A DNA stretch of 32,351 nucleotides from Elusimicrobiota bacterium (GCA_043811535.1 JBDRNC010000030.1:1-32351); one strand, 5' to 3'; positions 8,269 to 17,763 are shown, numbered from the stretch's first letter. The notes: a model not told the origin generated them from the sequence alone. Numbers and translations are program-made.

Positions 8269-10434
8269 ATGAAAAACAAACAAAACTACCTAGTATTGCT
8301 GGCGTATTCATTACTGTCGATTATCATGACATACCCGCTGGTATTTAAGATATTCACGCATATACCGGGAGCGGGTTTTGACAGTCCATTTTTTATATGG
8401 AATATGTGGTGGACAAAAAAAGCGCTGTTAGATCTTCATGCTAATCCCTTTTATTCGAATTATGTGTTTTATCCAAATGGGATAGAATTATTAACGGCAA
8501 ACTTCATGATTTTCAACAACCTTATATCCATACCTTTTCAGTATATATTTAATCTGGTATTTATAAGCAATATCTTTGTTATCATTTCATATGTATTTTC
8601 CGGATTTGGCATGTATCTATTAGTGCGTTATTTGACCGGAAATAAATACGCGGCTTTCATCGCGGGAATAGTATTTGCGTTCAATCCTTGGAGATTCGCG
8701 AGGATGGAGCAAGGATATTATGATCTGCTGCATACGGAATGGATGCCTTTTTATATTTATTATCTAACGAAAACAATAGATGAAGGTAAATATTACAAAA
8801 ATGCCGTATTTAGCGGAATATTTTATGCATTAACAACAACATGCCACTATTACTACATGGTATATCTTGCCCTGTTTACAGTTCTGTATATCCCGCTGCA
8901 AGCACTAATAAACAGGAATAAAGTCTCGCCAAACTTGATAATAGTAGTTAAAAAACTATTAGTAACAGGTATAACATTTGTAATTATATTATCGCCGATG
9001 TTATTCAGTATATTCCAAGATATTAGAAATAACGCATATCAAACAACAGAAAATAATGTATTTACATCTTCCGGAGTCGATATTATTGATTATTTCAAAA
9101 CAAACACAAGCCAGTCTTTTTATGGGAACGGAAGGCATACAGACAATATTGATTTACTGGAAAGATCCGTAAGTCCGGGATATATTGTCTTATTACTAAC
9201 TTTATTTATTATTTTCAAGGCCATCAGAAGCAATAACGATGTAAAAGTATGGTTTATTCTAACATGTATGTTTGTTTTATTTTCATTTGGATCAATTTTG
9301 CACATCCCTTTTCTTAAGTTTAAGATGCACCTGTTTTCTTACTATATCTTTGAATATATACCAATACTAAATGCAGTTAGAATACCAACAAGATTCGGCG
9401 TGATGACAGGAGTTTGTTTTGCTGTTATGGCCGGGTACTCCTTAAGTTACTTATTGAATATGATCAACAAGCCAAAGTTAAATAGGGTATTTATGACTTC
9501 TGTTGCTGTATTGATTTTATTTGAGTACATAAGTATTCCCATTCCGTTAACAGCGATGACGGTTCCGGGGATATACAGAGAAATAGCAAAGGACAAAAGC
9601 GATTCGACCCTGCTAGAAGTGCCTTTGGGATGGATGAATTCAACTTCAGAAATAGGAACACCCTTTTCAAAACCGTTTTATTATCAGACAATACACGAAA
9701 AAAGGCTTTTGTCCGGCGGAGGGGCAAGGTCAAGAGCTGATAAAGTATTCTATTACGCGGGTATGCCTATTATCAATACAATAAGAAGATTACAGGAGTT
9801 AAGGGGTTTCAGGGTTCAGTATTACAATAATGCGTTAACAAACGACAAAATGGTGGCCCAAAGCATATTTGAGTTGTATAATATCAAGTACATACTGGTG
9901 CATGAGCCCTATGCTACGAAAGAAATGCTGGAATACTTGAATTACGTCGGACATTACAGCCGCATATTTAAACAGGATGACATATATGTTTATGAAATTG
10001 AGCATGGCAAAGAATATAAAAATATAAAAGACAACGATAGAATATTCGATAGATTATGGTTTGGTTACGGGTGGTGTCCGGAATATGACAACGCGCAAAC
10101 CGATCAAATGAATGCGCGCTCATCGACAAATAATGAGCCGTATATTTACTATTATACAACAAGGCCAAGGTCGTGCAGATTAATACTGAATATGGCGCCA
10201 AGAGTATATAGCGATCAGATTAAATTAAAAATCATAGTAAATAGCAAATATTTGCTTTCACCGGATATATCCTTAAATGAACAATTCAGCAGCTATGCGG
10301 TGCCGTTAGACGGGGCCATGTTAAAAAGGGGAATAAATATGATTACATTCAATATTAGCGGATCTAAAGATAAATCCGCATTGTCCGGGACAGCTGAAAA
10401 ACTATTGTTTGTTAAAAGCATGCAAATAGAGTAA
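8269..10434 (+). CDS. Polytopic membrane protein, probable GT-C fold glycosyltransferase (YfhO/PMT-like)
   Basis: Many TM segments; D...FIWNMWW, FYP, AG..FAF.P.R, R.PTRF and YYQTIHEK motifs typical of this family; visibly AT-rich. Confidence 0.65.
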   Translation: MKNKQNYLVLLAYSLLSIIMTYPLVFKIFTHIPGAGFDSPFFIWNMWWTKKALLDLHANPFYSNYVFYPNGIELLTANFMIFNNLISIPFQYIFNLVFISNIFVIISYVFSGFGMYLLVRYLTGNKYAAFIAGIVFAFNPWRFARMEQGYYDLLHTEWMPFYIYYLTKTIDEGKYYKNAVFSGIFYALTTTCHYYYMVYLALFTVLYIPLQALINRNKVSPNLIIVVKKLLVTGITFVIILSPMLFSIFQDIRNNAYQTTENNVFTSSGVDIIDYFKTNTSQSFYGNGRHTDNIDLLERSVSPGYIVLLLTLFIIFKAIRSNNDVKVWFILTCMFVLFSFGSILHIPFLKFKMHLFSYYIFEYIPILNAVRIPTRFGVMTGVCFAVMAGYSLSYLLNMINKPKLNRVFMTSVAVLILFEYISIPIPLTAMTVPGIYREIAKDKSDSTLLEVPLGWMNSTSEIGTPFSKPFYYQTIHEKRLLSGGGARSRADKVFYYAGMPIINTIRRLQELRGFRVQYYNNALTNDKMVAQSIFELYNIKYILVHEPYATKEMLEYLNYVGHYSRIFKQDDIYVYEIEHGKEYKNIKDNDRIFDRLWFGYGWCPEYDNAQTDQMNARSSTNNEPYIYYYTTRPRSCRLILNMAPRVYSDQIKLKIIVNSKYLLSPDISLNEQFSSYAVPLDGAMLKRGINMITFNISGSKDKSALSGTAEKLLFVKSMQIE

Positions 10435-10486
10435 GATATTTGCGAGTAGAATTTGCGCAATAGGAAAAATGAGATAAATAGTAAAT

Positions 10487-11917
10487 ATGGATAATATTTC
10501 AATATCTTTCATACTTCCCGTGCTCAACGAAGCCGAGAACATCGAATTTGTTGTTTCCGAGATCGAAAGTATTCTCCGGGACAAACACTTTTCGCATGAA
10601 TTCATATTCGTCAACGACGGGAGCACCGACAATACCTCCGCCGTTTTATCGCGCCTGAACAGCCAAAACCCGAATATCATTGAGATAAAGAATCCCGTAA
10701 AACTCGGCAAAAGCGATTCATTGATGAAAGGCGCCGCGCTGGCAAAAGGAGACGTTTTCGTTTTCATGGACGGCGACGGGCAGATACGGAAAGAAGACGT
10801 ATCGCGGGCAGTTGAAAAACTGCTTGAATTTGACGCGGATATTGTATTGGGGAGCAAATATCATCCGCAATCCATGAACCCCACCGGATTTACCAGAAAG
10901 ATGTTCGGCCAGGTTTATAACTGGATGACGCGAACCATCCTGCATTTCAATTTCACTGACATACAATCCGGCCTGAAAGCAATGAAAGCCGATAGCTACA
11001 GGGCGCTTATGCCTATCAGCGCCAAAAGATTCGATTTTGACCTGAAATTCATAACAAAAGCCGTCAGGTACGGAATGGAAATAGAAGAAGTGCCCATGGA
11101 AGTGAAGGAAAGGCACTCGGGCGGGTCAAAAGTAAACAAATTCGTCACGTCATTCAGTTTATTGGTCCAGATATTTGAGATTTTCGTCCGCGAACACCTG
11201 GACCCGAAGATAATCGCGGGTAACTACCAGTATAAGGCCCTGCATCAGGGCGGCCGCATGCAGAGGTTCTGGCACGCGAACAAGATAACGCTGATAAAGA
11301 ATATCGTAAATTTCAGGAACAGCGACGTGGTTTTGGACGCGGGGTGCGGTTCCGGGAACCTGTGTTTTTCGCTGTCGGAAATATGCAAGGAAGTTGACGG
11401 GATAGACATGTTTGAAGACGCAGTCAAATTCGCCGAGAAGATAAAGAAAAGGAAGGGATTCAAAAACTGCGCATTCAGCGCGGCGTCCCTTGATAAAATA
11501 CCTTATGAAGACGGTTATTTTGACAAGGTTTTCATGACTGACGTCATAGAGCACTTGCATGATCCGGATGAAGCTCTTGAAGAAATAAAAAGGAAGATGA
11601 AAAAAGGGGGGCAGCTTGTAATAGTCACGCCGAATTACTCAAGTTACTGGGAAAACATGGAGGAATTCATTGACATGCTGAACATCATCCCAAAACTGAA
11701 GGATAACCAGCATATCAACCAGTATAATACCGGTAATTTAAAAGAACTTTTAAGCAAGCATGGTTTCACAACAGAAAAAACCGGGACTTTTTACGGACTC
11801 TCGCCTTTTCTTTCAATTCTTTTCGGCGGATGGGCGCAGAAAAGGTTTCTTAAAGAAATAGCAAAACCTTCCGATAAACGGGCACTTCTGTACTCAGTGG
11901 CGGTCAAAACCGTGTAA
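10487..11917 (+). CDS. GT2 (DPM1/GtrB-like) glycosyltransferase fused to a class I SAM methyltransferase
   Basis: LPVLNE, VNDGSTD, MDGDGQ and DIQSGLK in the N-half; VLDAGCGSG, FDKVF..DVIEHL and LVIVTPN in the C-half. Confidence 0.9.
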   Translation: MDNISISFILPVLNEAENIEFVVSEIESILRDKHFSHEFIFVNDGSTDNTSAVLSRLNSQNPNIIEIKNPVKLGKSDSLMKGAALAKGDVFVFMDGDGQIRKEDVSRAVEKLLEFDADIVLGSKYHPQSMNPTGFTRKMFGQVYNWMTRTILHFNFTDIQSGLKAMKADSYRALMPISAKRFDFDLKFITKAVRYGMEIEEVPMEVKERHSGGSKVNKFVTSFSLLVQIFEIFVREHLDPKIIAGNYQYKALHQGGRMQRFWHANKITLIKNIVNFRNSDVVLDAGCGSGNLCFSLSEICKEVDGIDMFEDAVKFAEKIKKRKGFKNCAFSAASLDKIPYEDGYFDKVFMTDVIEHLHDPDEALEEIKRKMKKGGQLVIVTPNYSSYWENMEEFIDMLNIIPKLKDNQHINQYNTGNLKELLSKHGFTTEKTGTFYGLSPFLSILFGGWAQKRFLKEIAKPSDKRALLYSVAVKTV

Positions 11918-12012
11918 TGTGTTATGAGTAATGTGTCAAAAAACGCACCTAGACAAGTCGTTTTCATCTAACATTTAACTTAAAACATTACACAAGTATT
12001 TCAAACTTTCCC

Positions 12013-12064
12013 TTGACAAATCAGAAATAATCTGCAATTATATTAATGTAAACAGGAAGTGTAC
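12013..12064 (+). promoter_or_regulatory. Sigma70-like promoter/leader, copy 1
   Basis: TTGACA-17-AATTAT with extended TG; 38/52 ungapped identity to 14411-14462 (hand count). Confidence 0.55.
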
Positions 12065-12107
12065 TGTTTGGTTTAAGGTTGTCTAAATTCAAGCATTTTA
12101 GGCATAT

Positions 12108-13223
12108 ATGCGTTTTTTTTCTGTTATTAAATCATCGTTCACAATAACCTTCCTGGCAATAGGAGCAGTATCCCTGTCAGTAATTCCTTTGCATGCCGAC
12201 TCTCCCAGGATGCATATCAGCACGGCTGAAATAACAATGGACGGGTTTGACAGCGGCGGCGACCCGGCGGACGGCTATACCGGCGACGATTACGCCCTTC
12301 GCTACGCGCTCGGCGAGCCGGGGGGGATAACAAAATTATCCGGCGCGAACTATGTCCTGCAATCCGGCTATTTCGGTCAGGACCTCGTGGCACCGGCCAA
12401 TGTCTCGGCTATATGGCACGTGCCCGGCGGGCTGGCGCGTTCCATAACCCTTCAGTGGCGCGCGCCTGGAGATAATGAAAGAGACGATATCAATTTGTGG
12501 GGTTCAAGAATTCACATATCAACGGCAACGGACGAGACAAGCGCCGAAAATGACAGTTTCTGGACTTCAAAAAGGGACGAAGCCGATTTTCAGATAAGCA
12601 CGGCGGGTGTTGACGCGCAGGCCATATGCAGTTACAGGATAACCGGCCTGGTCGCAAATGTTACCTATTATTTCCGCATGTGGAACCTGGACCAGGCCGC
12701 CAACTGGTCGGATATATCCACAGGCGGCACTACGTACGCCCGGCCGGTCATACTCTCGGTTTACGTTGTTGAACCTACAACATTCAATTTCGGCTGGCAG
12801 CAGACGGGCATATCCACGGTTGCGGCAAACGGCATTGTGGTGAGAAATGACGGCAATACAACCGAAACATATCTCATGCGCCTGACTACAGGCACGATAT
12901 TCCCTTCTGATACGGTCTGGGACGCCGGCACCGAACCCGGAAACAACGTGTTCTCTCTGTACAGCATCTTGAATGCAACCGCGCCTCAGGTTGAAAATTT
13001 TGGATTGGTTGAAGGAGACGATCTGCTAATGCTGGATGACAATACGTGTTCGGACACTAATTACTCAATGGGTTATGAAAAGGGGGATGCCGTTGTTCCC
13101 TACATGGTTAGTCCCCTTCTGAGCGACAACACTTGCTGGTTTATGCTAAAAACGCCACTTGCGACAAGCACAACGGCCGATCAGGTAATTACTGTGATAT
13201 TCACGGCAACAGAAACGCCTTAA
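12108..13223 (+). CDS. Secreted protein: FN3-like domain plus a C-terminal pilin/WxL-like domain homologous to 14546/17764/18777
   Basis: Signal peptide; ITLQWRAPGDN...ITGLVANVTYYF (FN3); FNFG..., IVVRND, WDAGTEPG.N and WFMLKTP...DQ.I align with the paralogs. Confidence 0.75.
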   Translation: MRFFSVIKSSFTITFLAIGAVSLSVIPLHADSPRMHISTAEITMDGFDSGGDPADGYTGDDYALRYALGEPGGITKLSGANYVLQSGYFGQDLVAPANVSAIWHVPGGLARSITLQWRAPGDNERDDINLWGSRIHISTATDETSAENDSFWTSKRDEADFQISTAGVDAQAICSYRITGLVANVTYYFRMWNLDQAANWSDISTGGTTYARPVILSVYVVEPTTFNFGWQQTGISTVAANGIVVRNDGNTTETYLMRLTTGTIFPSDTVWDAGTEPGNNVFSLYSILNATAPQVENFGLVEGDDLLMLDDNTCSDTNYSMGYEKGDAVVPYMVSPLLSDNTCWFMLKTPLATSTTADQVITVIFTATETP

Positions 13224-13312
13224 TTACAGTGATCAGTGAATAGAAAATTAGAGAATAGAGAATACAAACACATAAAAGACATTGAAATGTGAATAGGATA
13301 TAGTAGAAGGTT

Positions 13313-13364
13313 GTATCTGCGCCAATTTGCGTTTTTGTCGTTATTGTCTGCGGTAATCTGCGTA
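13313..13364 (+). repeat. Solo copy of the ATCTGCG-type repeat that flanks the GxxExxY gene
   Basis: tatctgcgccaatttgcgtttttgtc...ggtaatctgcgta closely matches 27465-27515. Confidence 0.75.
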
Positions 13365-13405
13365 TAATAGAGAAAAGACACAAAATAACATATACGGAGA
13401 AGAAA

Positions 13406-14374
13406 ATGAAATCATTCAGAAAAATCATATCGTTTTTGTTTTTGACTTCCTGCTTCCTGCCTACAGCTTCCTGTCTTTACGCCAGCGGAATCTCAACTAA
13501 TTGCGGCGAAATATACTTGGAAAACCTCAAGATAGGCCAGACGTACTCCTTGAGACAGCTACTAGGGCGTCCTTTTGACGTTACCTATACGGGAATATCG
13601 ATGGCCGACCTTGAAATCAAGCTTGCCTTGCAGGATGTACACTCTCCAGACGGATTCGAGCCGATACGGGACGCTTCGTGGATAAGGATTGAAAAAGACA
13701 AGTTCTCGCTGGACCCCGGCCAGACCGCTGAGACAGACATCTTTATCACGATTCCTAACAACCCTCAATATATGGGAACAAAATTATATTGTTGGATTAA
13801 TCCGCAGGCCAGCCCGCCGAAAACCAAAATCGGCGATATTCTTTTTGGAACGGGTTTGATATGCAAGTTAAAACTCATAGTCGCGGCAAAGCCTCCCACG
13901 CCGGAAGAGATAAGGCAGTTGAAAAAACAGATGCTCGGACAGATAATGAATTTCGCCATCACACCAGAACGTATCTTCCTGGTCAATATTGAACCGGGAA
14001 AGAGATACGACCTCAAGAAGGATTTAAGCGAAATGCTGAAAATCGTCAATACCTCCGATTTCATCGCCGACATACAGGTAAACTCTATCGAAGTAAAAAA
14101 GAATGGTCTTTTTCCGCCCGTCGGGTACATTGAAGCGCCGGACCCCAACTGGCTGAAAGTAAAGAAGAAAAAATTCAAAATGAAAGAGAACACGATAAAT
14201 GAGATTCCTCTTGAAATAGAAATACCAAAGAGTGTTAAGACGGGAGAGAGCTATTATTTTGTCATTGTAATAGATGTCACATCAAAAATTAGGACAAGCA
14301 GGTATTACACGAAAGTATACGTAGATACTAAGAAAGAGGCCGTAAAACCCGCGAGCGGGGAAAACAAGAAGTGA
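13406..14374 (+). CDS. Secreted tandem Ig-like protein (DUF916/fimbrial chaperone-like), paralog A
   Basis: Signal peptide; ASGISTN..E.Y.ENLKIG shared with 16816; two internal repeats of G.E.....W.....F.L........I.I.IP. Confidence 0.6.
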   Translation: MKSFRKIISFLFLTSCFLPTASCLYASGISTNCGEIYLENLKIGQTYSLRQLLGRPFDVTYTGISMADLEIKLALQDVHSPDGFEPIRDASWIRIEKDKFSLDPGQTAETDIFITIPNNPQYMGTKLYCWINPQASPPKTKIGDILFGTGLICKLKLIVAAKPPTPEEIRQLKKQMLGQIMNFAITPERIFLVNIEPGKRYDLKKDLSEMLKIVNTSDFIADIQVNSIEVKKNGLFPPVGYIEAPDPNWLKVKKKKFKMKENTINEIPLEIEIPKSVKTGESYYFVIVIDVTSKIRTSRYYTKVYVDTKKEAVKPASGENKK

Positions 14375-14410
14375 ACTACCTGTTTTAAATAAAATATTTT
14401 AAAAAAACAC

Positions 14411-14462
14411 TTGACAACATAGAAATTAGGTGCTATATTATTAGTGGAAACAAGAAGCGCAC
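14411..14462 (+). promoter_or_regulatory. Sigma70-like promoter/leader, copy 2
   Basis: TTGACA-17-TATATT with extended TGn and an upstream A-tract. Confidence 0.7.
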
Positions 14463-14545
14463 AGCATAATTCAACTTAAGATAAATAGGCGGGAGGTGAT
14501 AAACAAACAGTAAGGAATAGAAGTTAATTCTACAAGGAGGTAATC

Positions 14546-15280
14546 ATGAAGAAGTATCTTGTTTTAGCTTTGATTGCTGTATCTGCTCTCATAGGTTTTA
14601 CTGCTGTTGACGTGTTGGCCGATGAGTCTGACAATGCGTATGTCATCGTAAGATGTACAATCACAATCAGCGTAGATGTGCTTGACGGCAACGCGACGTT
14701 TTACGTTTCCGGTATGAGCACAGGATCGCTGAGTGGTTTCACACCGGGTGCAACCGAATATTCCAAGCCTAACATGGTTTCCATCAACAACAACAGCAGC
14801 GGTGCCTTGACAAAATGGACGCTGCACGTATCAACAATCCAGACCAAGGCCTATTCCGGATCGGGCAATGACCCGACAGAAATACTTGGAACAGGCTGGG
14901 CAGCTGATCCCGTTGACATAGCGCCGTATACAGGTTGGTTGCTAGGAGATCAGTCTGGCGTCCTTACCTGCGCCCTGGCAGCGGTATTTATAGCTAATGA
15001 TGAACAGGCTATAGCCCGGGATTTTGACCCCTTACAGGATAGCACTGCCGGAGATCTGCTGACAATGCGTACTACTGCTAACGCTCTCGATACGTGGGAT
15101 ACTACAGCCAGATTCTTCCCGGATATTGGTACATCATATCCGAGCAGAATCGGCACATCTGCTGCGAATTGGACCATGCCTGGCGATACATGCGACCTTG
15201 CTTTCAAGTTCTCCGCACCGATTGTAGTCGCAGATGAGAACTGGAGAAGGATTGTAGTCGTAGTCACAGCAGGCCAGTAA
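14546..15280 (+). CDS. Secreted pilin/WxL-like subunit
   Basis: AAGGAGG RBS; signal peptide; NAYVIVRCTITISV, NNSSGALTKWTL, WLLG; homologous to 17764/18777. Confidence 0.7.
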   Translation: MKKYLVLALIAVSALIGFTAVDVLADESDNAYVIVRCTITISVDVLDGNATFYVSGMSTGSLSGFTPGATEYSKPNMVSINNNSSGALTKWTLHVSTIQTKAYSGSGNDPTEILGTGWAADPVDIAPYTGWLLGDQSGVLTCALAAVFIANDEQAIARDFDPLQDSTAGDLLTMRTTANALDTWDTTARFFPDIGTSYPSRIGTSAANWTMPGDTCDLAFKFSAPIVVADENWRRIVVVVTAGQ

Positions 15281-15295
15281 GTTATACTTTCCTAC

Positions 15296-15319
15296 TCCCC
15301 CCGATTAATCGGGGGGGGA
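15296..15319 (+). terminator. GC-rich hairpin after the 14546 gene (possible terminator)
   Basis: ccccccgat-ta-atcgggggg; no clear U-tract. Confidence 0.5.
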
Positions 15320-15577
15320 TGGATGGTTTAGCTTAAAGCATTAAAAAATCTCCCCGCAGAGGTAGACTTCTGTGTCCGCAATTGTTTGCGGGACGCCGGA
15401 TGTCGGTTTCCGGTTTTCCGTTAAATCATTGACTTGGGCAAAGTGTCGGAAGTTCCGGCTTTTTGCCATTTCCAAAAGCGCGAAACATAGCGCTTTTAGA
15501 TACGCAAATCTGCGTAAATCTGTGATTTCAGCCCTGCAGAAGGCCATTGCGGGGTTATTTTATTTTTCCAAAAGGTC

Positions 15578-15606
15578 TTTACTTTCCCTTTTTAATAATA
15601 TACAAT
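15578..15606 (+). promoter_or_regulatory. Sigma70-like promoter upstream of the hairpin array
   Basis: TTTACT-17 bp-TACAAT. Confidence 0.45.
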
Positions 15607-15612
15607 CTAGAA

Positions 15613-16513
15613 GTTGGGATAAGGCAGTCATTTCACGGAATTACTGCCTTTTCGCTGGCTTTTTTAATGTTTTGGGCCGGAACGGAAGTCTTAACCTCTG
15701 CGGGGAGGAAAAGCTTACTCCGGCCCAATTTATTTTAAGCAGGACGGATAAAACCGGTTGTTTTTGCCGGCTTTTATCGTCCTGCTTTTTCTTTTTACAG
15801 TCCCATTTTTTTCACGGAACAATGTGGAATGGGACCTTCGGGGCGGCATGTCCTATCGGACACAGGCAACATCTCTGCGGGGAGATTTGTTTGTTCACGG
15901 ACTGCCGCCCTTTTTTCTTTCAACAGGGACGTGTCAGCGTCCCGTCGTCTTGGGGCAGGGAACAGGAGCCAACTTCCTCTGCGGGGAGCAAATGCTTCAA
16001 CCCTGCCCCACCCGGTTTACCGGGCAGACACAGCTGTCTATCCTCTGCGGGGAGGAAACACTTGTCTGCCCGATACTTTTTGCGGGACCGCCTGCGCCCC
16101 TCTTTATGGGGCTGCTCAGGCGTCCCTTCATCTTGGGACAGGGAACAGAAGGTATTCCTCTGCGGGGAGCGAATGCTTCAACCCTGTCCCTTACTTATTC
16201 GGCGGGCAAAACGGTCTATCCTTTGCGGGGAGAAAACCATTGCCCGCCGCATTTTTTGTCCCATTTTTATTCACGGAACAACGTGGAATGGGACCTTCGG
16301 GGCGGCATGTCCTATCGGATACAGGCAACATCTCTGCGGGGAGATTTGTTTGTTCACGGACTGCCGCCCTTTCATTTTCTTATGGGACTGCTTGCGCCCC
16401 TCTTTACGGGGCTGCAAAAGCGTCCCGTTGTCTTGGGACAGGGAACAGAAGCCGACGGTACCCGGTTCGGGTATCACTTCCTCTGCGGGGAGCGAATGCT
16501 TCAACCCTGTCCC
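15613..16513 (+). ncRNA. Candidate long structured RNA / hairpin array with 8 copies of the apical motif CT(C/T)TGCGGGGAG
   Basis: Motif starts at 15696, 15873, 15977, 16043, 16158, 16221, 16332 and 16481, each inside an 8-10 bp closing inverted repeat; one compensatory change; G-T pairs favour the + strand. Confidence 0.55.
15800..16372 (+). repeat. ~113-bp direct repeat (15800-15913 and 16258-16372)
   Basis: gtcccattttt...ttcacggaacaaYgtggaatgggaccttcggggcggcatgtcc...tgccgcccttt, nearly identical. Confidence 0.9.
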
Positions 16514-16550
16514 ACCCGGTATTTATGGAGCAGACAGCAATTGCAACATA

Positions 16551-16627
16551 TGGATTCCCGCTTACAACCGCGGGAATGACAAGTTGAAGGACAGCTGTCA
16601 TCCCCGAATGCTTAAATCGGGGATCCA
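16551..16627. repeat. Inverted pair of GIY-YIG-type REP palindromes (16551-16582 reverse, 16596-16627 forward)
   Basis: tggattcccgcttacaaccgcgggaatgacaa and tgtcatccccgaatgcttaaatcggggatcca. Confidence 0.85.
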
Positions 16628-16657
16628 GAGGGAGAACGCCGGAACAAAGAGGGATTT

Positions 16658-16774
16658 ATGAAATTAATCAAATACATTTCACTACCGGAGGCCAAAATGA
16701 AGGTTATCGGCATTGCCATGATCTGCATGTCGGCGTTGATGATTGTGTCCGCTTTCAAGATCATATTTGCTTAA
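16658..16774 (+). CDS. Possible small single-TM peptide (38 aa, or 25 aa from the second Met)
   Basis: MKLIKYISLPEAKMKVIGIAMICMSALMIVSAFKIIFA; GAGGG and GGAGG RBS-like motifs precede the two ATGs. Confidence 0.4.
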   Translation: MKLIKYISLPEAKMKVIGIAMICMSALMIVSAFKIIFA

Positions 16775-16815
16775 GCTTGTTCCCGAATCGGGAATGAAAT
16801 AATACGGAGGTAGTC

Positions 16816-17730
16816 ATGAGAGCCATCAGATTTCTGATAATCGGCCTTGCAGCTTTGGTGCTGTTTGCCGCGTTCAACGTGCTTTTTGCCTCAGGCCTGT
16901 CCACTAATTTCGCGGATGTCTATATAGACAACCTGAAAATCGGAGGATCCTATAACCTGAGCAAAGTGGCGAATTATCCCATGTGGGTGCAGCAGAACGG
17001 CGCCGCGGTCAGCGATATCAGGATAGAAACCACGCTGCCTTCGCGCGATGACCTGCGCAAGGGATATGAGCCCATACCGGATAAGTCATGGATCACTTAT
17101 TCAAAAACTGATTTCCGGATTCTTTCGGGCGAAACACAGAGCATTGACGTTACCGTCCACGTACCGGATGACAAGAACCTTCTGGGCAAAAAATACATGG
17201 CGCATGTCTTCATCACGGGCGCGCCTCCGAAGGGCGGGGGCGGAGGCGTAGCAATAGCGCTGGGCATCAAGGGCAAGATTTACATCACTGTCGCGAAGGC
17301 GCCCATGAGCGAGAAGGAAATGAAGGAACAGAAATCGAAGGAATCGGCCCCGAAGCAGGGCTTGATAATCCTCCCGGAAAAATTTTACGCTGACAACGCC
17401 GCTGGCGGAAAGACCGTAAAAGTAACCGAATCCGTGCCGCTGAAGCTGATAAATCCGTCCAGGGAAACACTTTCAATAAGAATCGAGTATGCCGACCCCT
17501 CTTCATCCGGCTTCGGCGTTCCGGCGGATTTCATACAGGGCGGAACCGGTGAAATATCCTTTTCAAAAACAAAGTTTTCCTTAAAACCCGACGGCGTGGA
17601 GAACATAGATATAACGGTGAACCTTTCGCGTGATTCGGCAAAGACAAAGCGATTTTACGTGGTAAGAATATTGGTAAAGTCTCAGACGGTGGAACTGGCT
17701 AAGTTTGTTCCGGTATACATAACTCAATAA
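16816..17730 (+). CDS. Secreted tandem Ig-like protein (DUF916/fimbrial chaperone-like), paralog B
   Basis: GGAGG RBS; signal peptide; ASGLSTNFADVYIDNLKIG, GYEPIPDKSWI and LKLINPS parallel 13406. Confidence 0.6.
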   Translation: MRAIRFLIIGLAALVLFAAFNVLFASGLSTNFADVYIDNLKIGGSYNLSKVANYPMWVQQNGAAVSDIRIETTLPSRDDLRKGYEPIPDKSWITYSKTDFRILSGETQSIDVTVHVPDDKNLLGKKYMAHVFITGAPPKGGGGGVAIALGIKGKIYITVAKAPMSEKEMKEQKSKESAPKQGLIILPEKFYADNAAGGKTVKVTESVPLKLINPSRETLSIRIEYADPSSSGFGVPADFIQGGTGEISFSKTKFSLKPDGVENIDITVNLSRDSAKTKRFYVVRILVKSQTVELAKFVPVYITQ

Positions 17731-17763
17731 TACCCTTGCGGGTATTTCAATAGGGAGGCATTT

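Noticed and set aside
15696..16492. CRISPR array interpretation of the 12-mer repeats
   Set aside because: Repeat is too short, spacing is irregular (63-177 bp), intervening sequences are themselves repeated and self-complementary, and there are no cas genes in the window
15372..16661. Three overlapping + ORFs (429, 273, 252 aa)
   Set aside because: All three frames are open, the products are Cys/Arg/Gly-rich with no motifs or RBS, and repeat units recur in different frames; better explained by GC-rich hairpin repeats
17729..17746. Short hairpin aataccc-ttgc-gggtatt containing TGCGGG
   Set aside because: Pairing register differs from the array motif; probably an ordinary weak intergenic hairpin
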